Shown: positions 18,420-19,634 of the stretch, one piece after another | Layout of the letters: each line of letters opens with the position of its first letter | How positions within the stretch are numbered: the stretch's first letter is position 1 | Assembly (NCBI GenBank): GCA_041946805.1 | Contig: JBHGBC010000111.1 | Span: forward strand, 1-19,634 | Direction of reading: 5' to 3' | Origin: a bacterium | GTDB lineage: Bacteria; Hinthialibacterota; Hinthialibacteria; Hinthialibacterales; Hinthialibacteraceae | Length of the DNA stretch: 19,634 bases | Notes under the pieces: model-generated | Told to the model about the DNA's origin: nothing | The model's database searches: none | The model's input: only the letters and a program-made list of their open reading frames with translations | Program-made: the position numbers and the translations under genes

Positions 18420-19140
18420 AGACGGCGGGATCGGGAATCCCGGCTTCGTCGAAGCCCTTTTTCCGCAGCCGGCAACTGTCGCACTGGCCGCAGGCGCGCC
18501 CTTCCGGATCCGGATCGTAACAACTGTGCGTGATGGCATAATCGACTCCCAAGGAGGTTCCCCAACGGATAATGTCCGCCTTGCTCAGGCGGAGGAGAGG
18601 CGCGTGGACGCGCACCGGCCGGCCCTCGACGCCCATCCGCGTGCCGATCCGGGCCATTTCCTCGAACTGTTGTATAAACGCGGGACGGCAATCGGGGTAA
18701 CCGCTGTAGTCGATGGCGTTAACCCCGATAAAGATCGCCTGGCTGCCGGTGACCTCGGCGAGCGCCAGGGCGTACGACAGAAAGATGATATTCCGCGCCG
18801 GCACATAGGTCACCGGGATGGAACGGCTCATGTCCTCCAGCGGGCGGTTTTTCGGGACCGCGATGGCGTCCGTGAGGGCCGATTGGCCGAATTGCCGCAA
18901 GTCGATCTCGACGATCCGGTGGTCCGTCACCCCCTGGGCTTGCGCCACCCGCCGCGCGGCGTCCAACTCGATCGCGTGCCGCTGGCCGTAGCGGAAGCTC
19001 AAGGCCACGCAGCGGTAGCCCTCGCTCCGCGCCACCGCCAGCACCGTGGCCGAATCCAGCCCCCCGCTCAGCAACACCACCGCCCCGGGCGGGGAGGGTT
19101 CAACGGGATTTCGCGTTGGATTTTCCGGCATGGTTTTCAT
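18400..19140 (-). CDS. queC: 7-cyano-7-deazaguanine synthase QueC (start 19140 or 19131)
   Basis: [12 protein letters not shown]-loop, [21 protein letters not shown], and Zn ligands SCY...CGQCDSC. Confidence 0.97.
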   Translation of the reverse strand: MKTMPENPTRNPVEPSPPGAVVLLSGGLDSATVLAVARSEGYRCVALSFRYGQRHAIELDAARRVAQAQGVTDHRIVEIDLRQFGQSALTDAIAVPKNRPLEDMSRSIPVTYVPARNIIFLSYALALAEVTGSQAIFIGVNAIDYSGYPDCRPAFIQQFEEMARIGTRMGVEGRPVRVHAPLLRLSKADIIRWGTSLGVDYAITHSCYDPDPEGRACGQCDSCRLRKKGFDEAGIPDPAVYVPRPG

Positions 19141-19634
19141 CCCAATTCCGTTGGATCTTTTCGACACATCATACAAGGACCCTTTGCGGCCGCGTAACCG
19201 GTGGAATGAAGAATCCCGCGGCAGGCTCTAAATTGAATTCCGGCTCACCTCGATTGGGAAGGTACCCGCGATGCACTCTGTCCGGTTGTTTAACGGTTTC
19301 CATGATTGTAGCACGCCGGCCCGGGGGTAAAGATCAGCCCGGAGGGATGGGGATTCATCGCTCCAGTGATTATCCCTTTGAAGAGAATCCACGGGGGTGA
19401 TGCGCGGGACGCACCGGTGGAAATCAATCGTCCGGCATCATGTCACGCAAGTTTTCACGGGATGGCATGGATAAGGATGGGAATTGGTTGGCGGAACCGG
19501 TTTCGGTGCGGATTGGCGGAGATCAATTCAACCGCCGGCCGGAATGGATTTGTGAACACCCGGCGGCCGCGATCGCCACGGCCGCCAGGGATAACCATAC
19601 TCGGAAAGACCTTTTGATTATCATGATGGATAAC

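Noticed and set aside
18400..19140. QueC as part of a defence or DNA-modification system (Qat, Dpd)
   Set aside because: Canonical QueC length and motifs, and no dpdA, TatD, ATPase or other defence genes adjacent.
19141..19330. preQ1 riboswitch upstream of queC
   Set aside because: No preQ1-type stem-loop with an A-rich tail recognisable on the minus strand.
19562..19586. 8-bp hairpin GGCGGCCG/CGGCCGCC
   Set aside because: No U-tract and no gene context inside the window; plausible by chance at this GC content.

Overview
GC-rich bacterial chromosomal window, mostly minus-strand genes, with no rRNA, tRNA, CRISPR array or transposase seen. The most notable element is 2089-10529. It holds a cytoplasmic sensor kinase and a sigma-54 (NtrC-family) activator, then a -24/-12 promoter with a candidate IHF site and palindromic enhancer. 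That promoter drives a five-gene operon: a tandem Cys4-repeat miniprotein, NuoE/HydC-like, NuoF/HydB-like (with electron-bifurcation signatures), a short NuoG/HydA-like Fe-S subunit with no catalytic domain, and a stand-alone FMN-binding glutamate-synthase-like protein with no amidotransferase partner. This looks like a HydABC/BfuABC-type bifurcating module wired to an FMN enzyme (inference). The right half holds a Tat-exported Gfo/Idh/MocA oxidoreductase, a REP-like inverted repeat, two GT-C-like membrane proteins, an FGE-fold protein, a STAS protein, a DUF2961/GH172-like lipoprotein and queC. The left end has a partial secreted-protein gene missing from the ORF track and a ~1 kb intergenic region with a candidate structured RNA and terminator. 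All family calls come from recognising motifs by eye, not from database searches.
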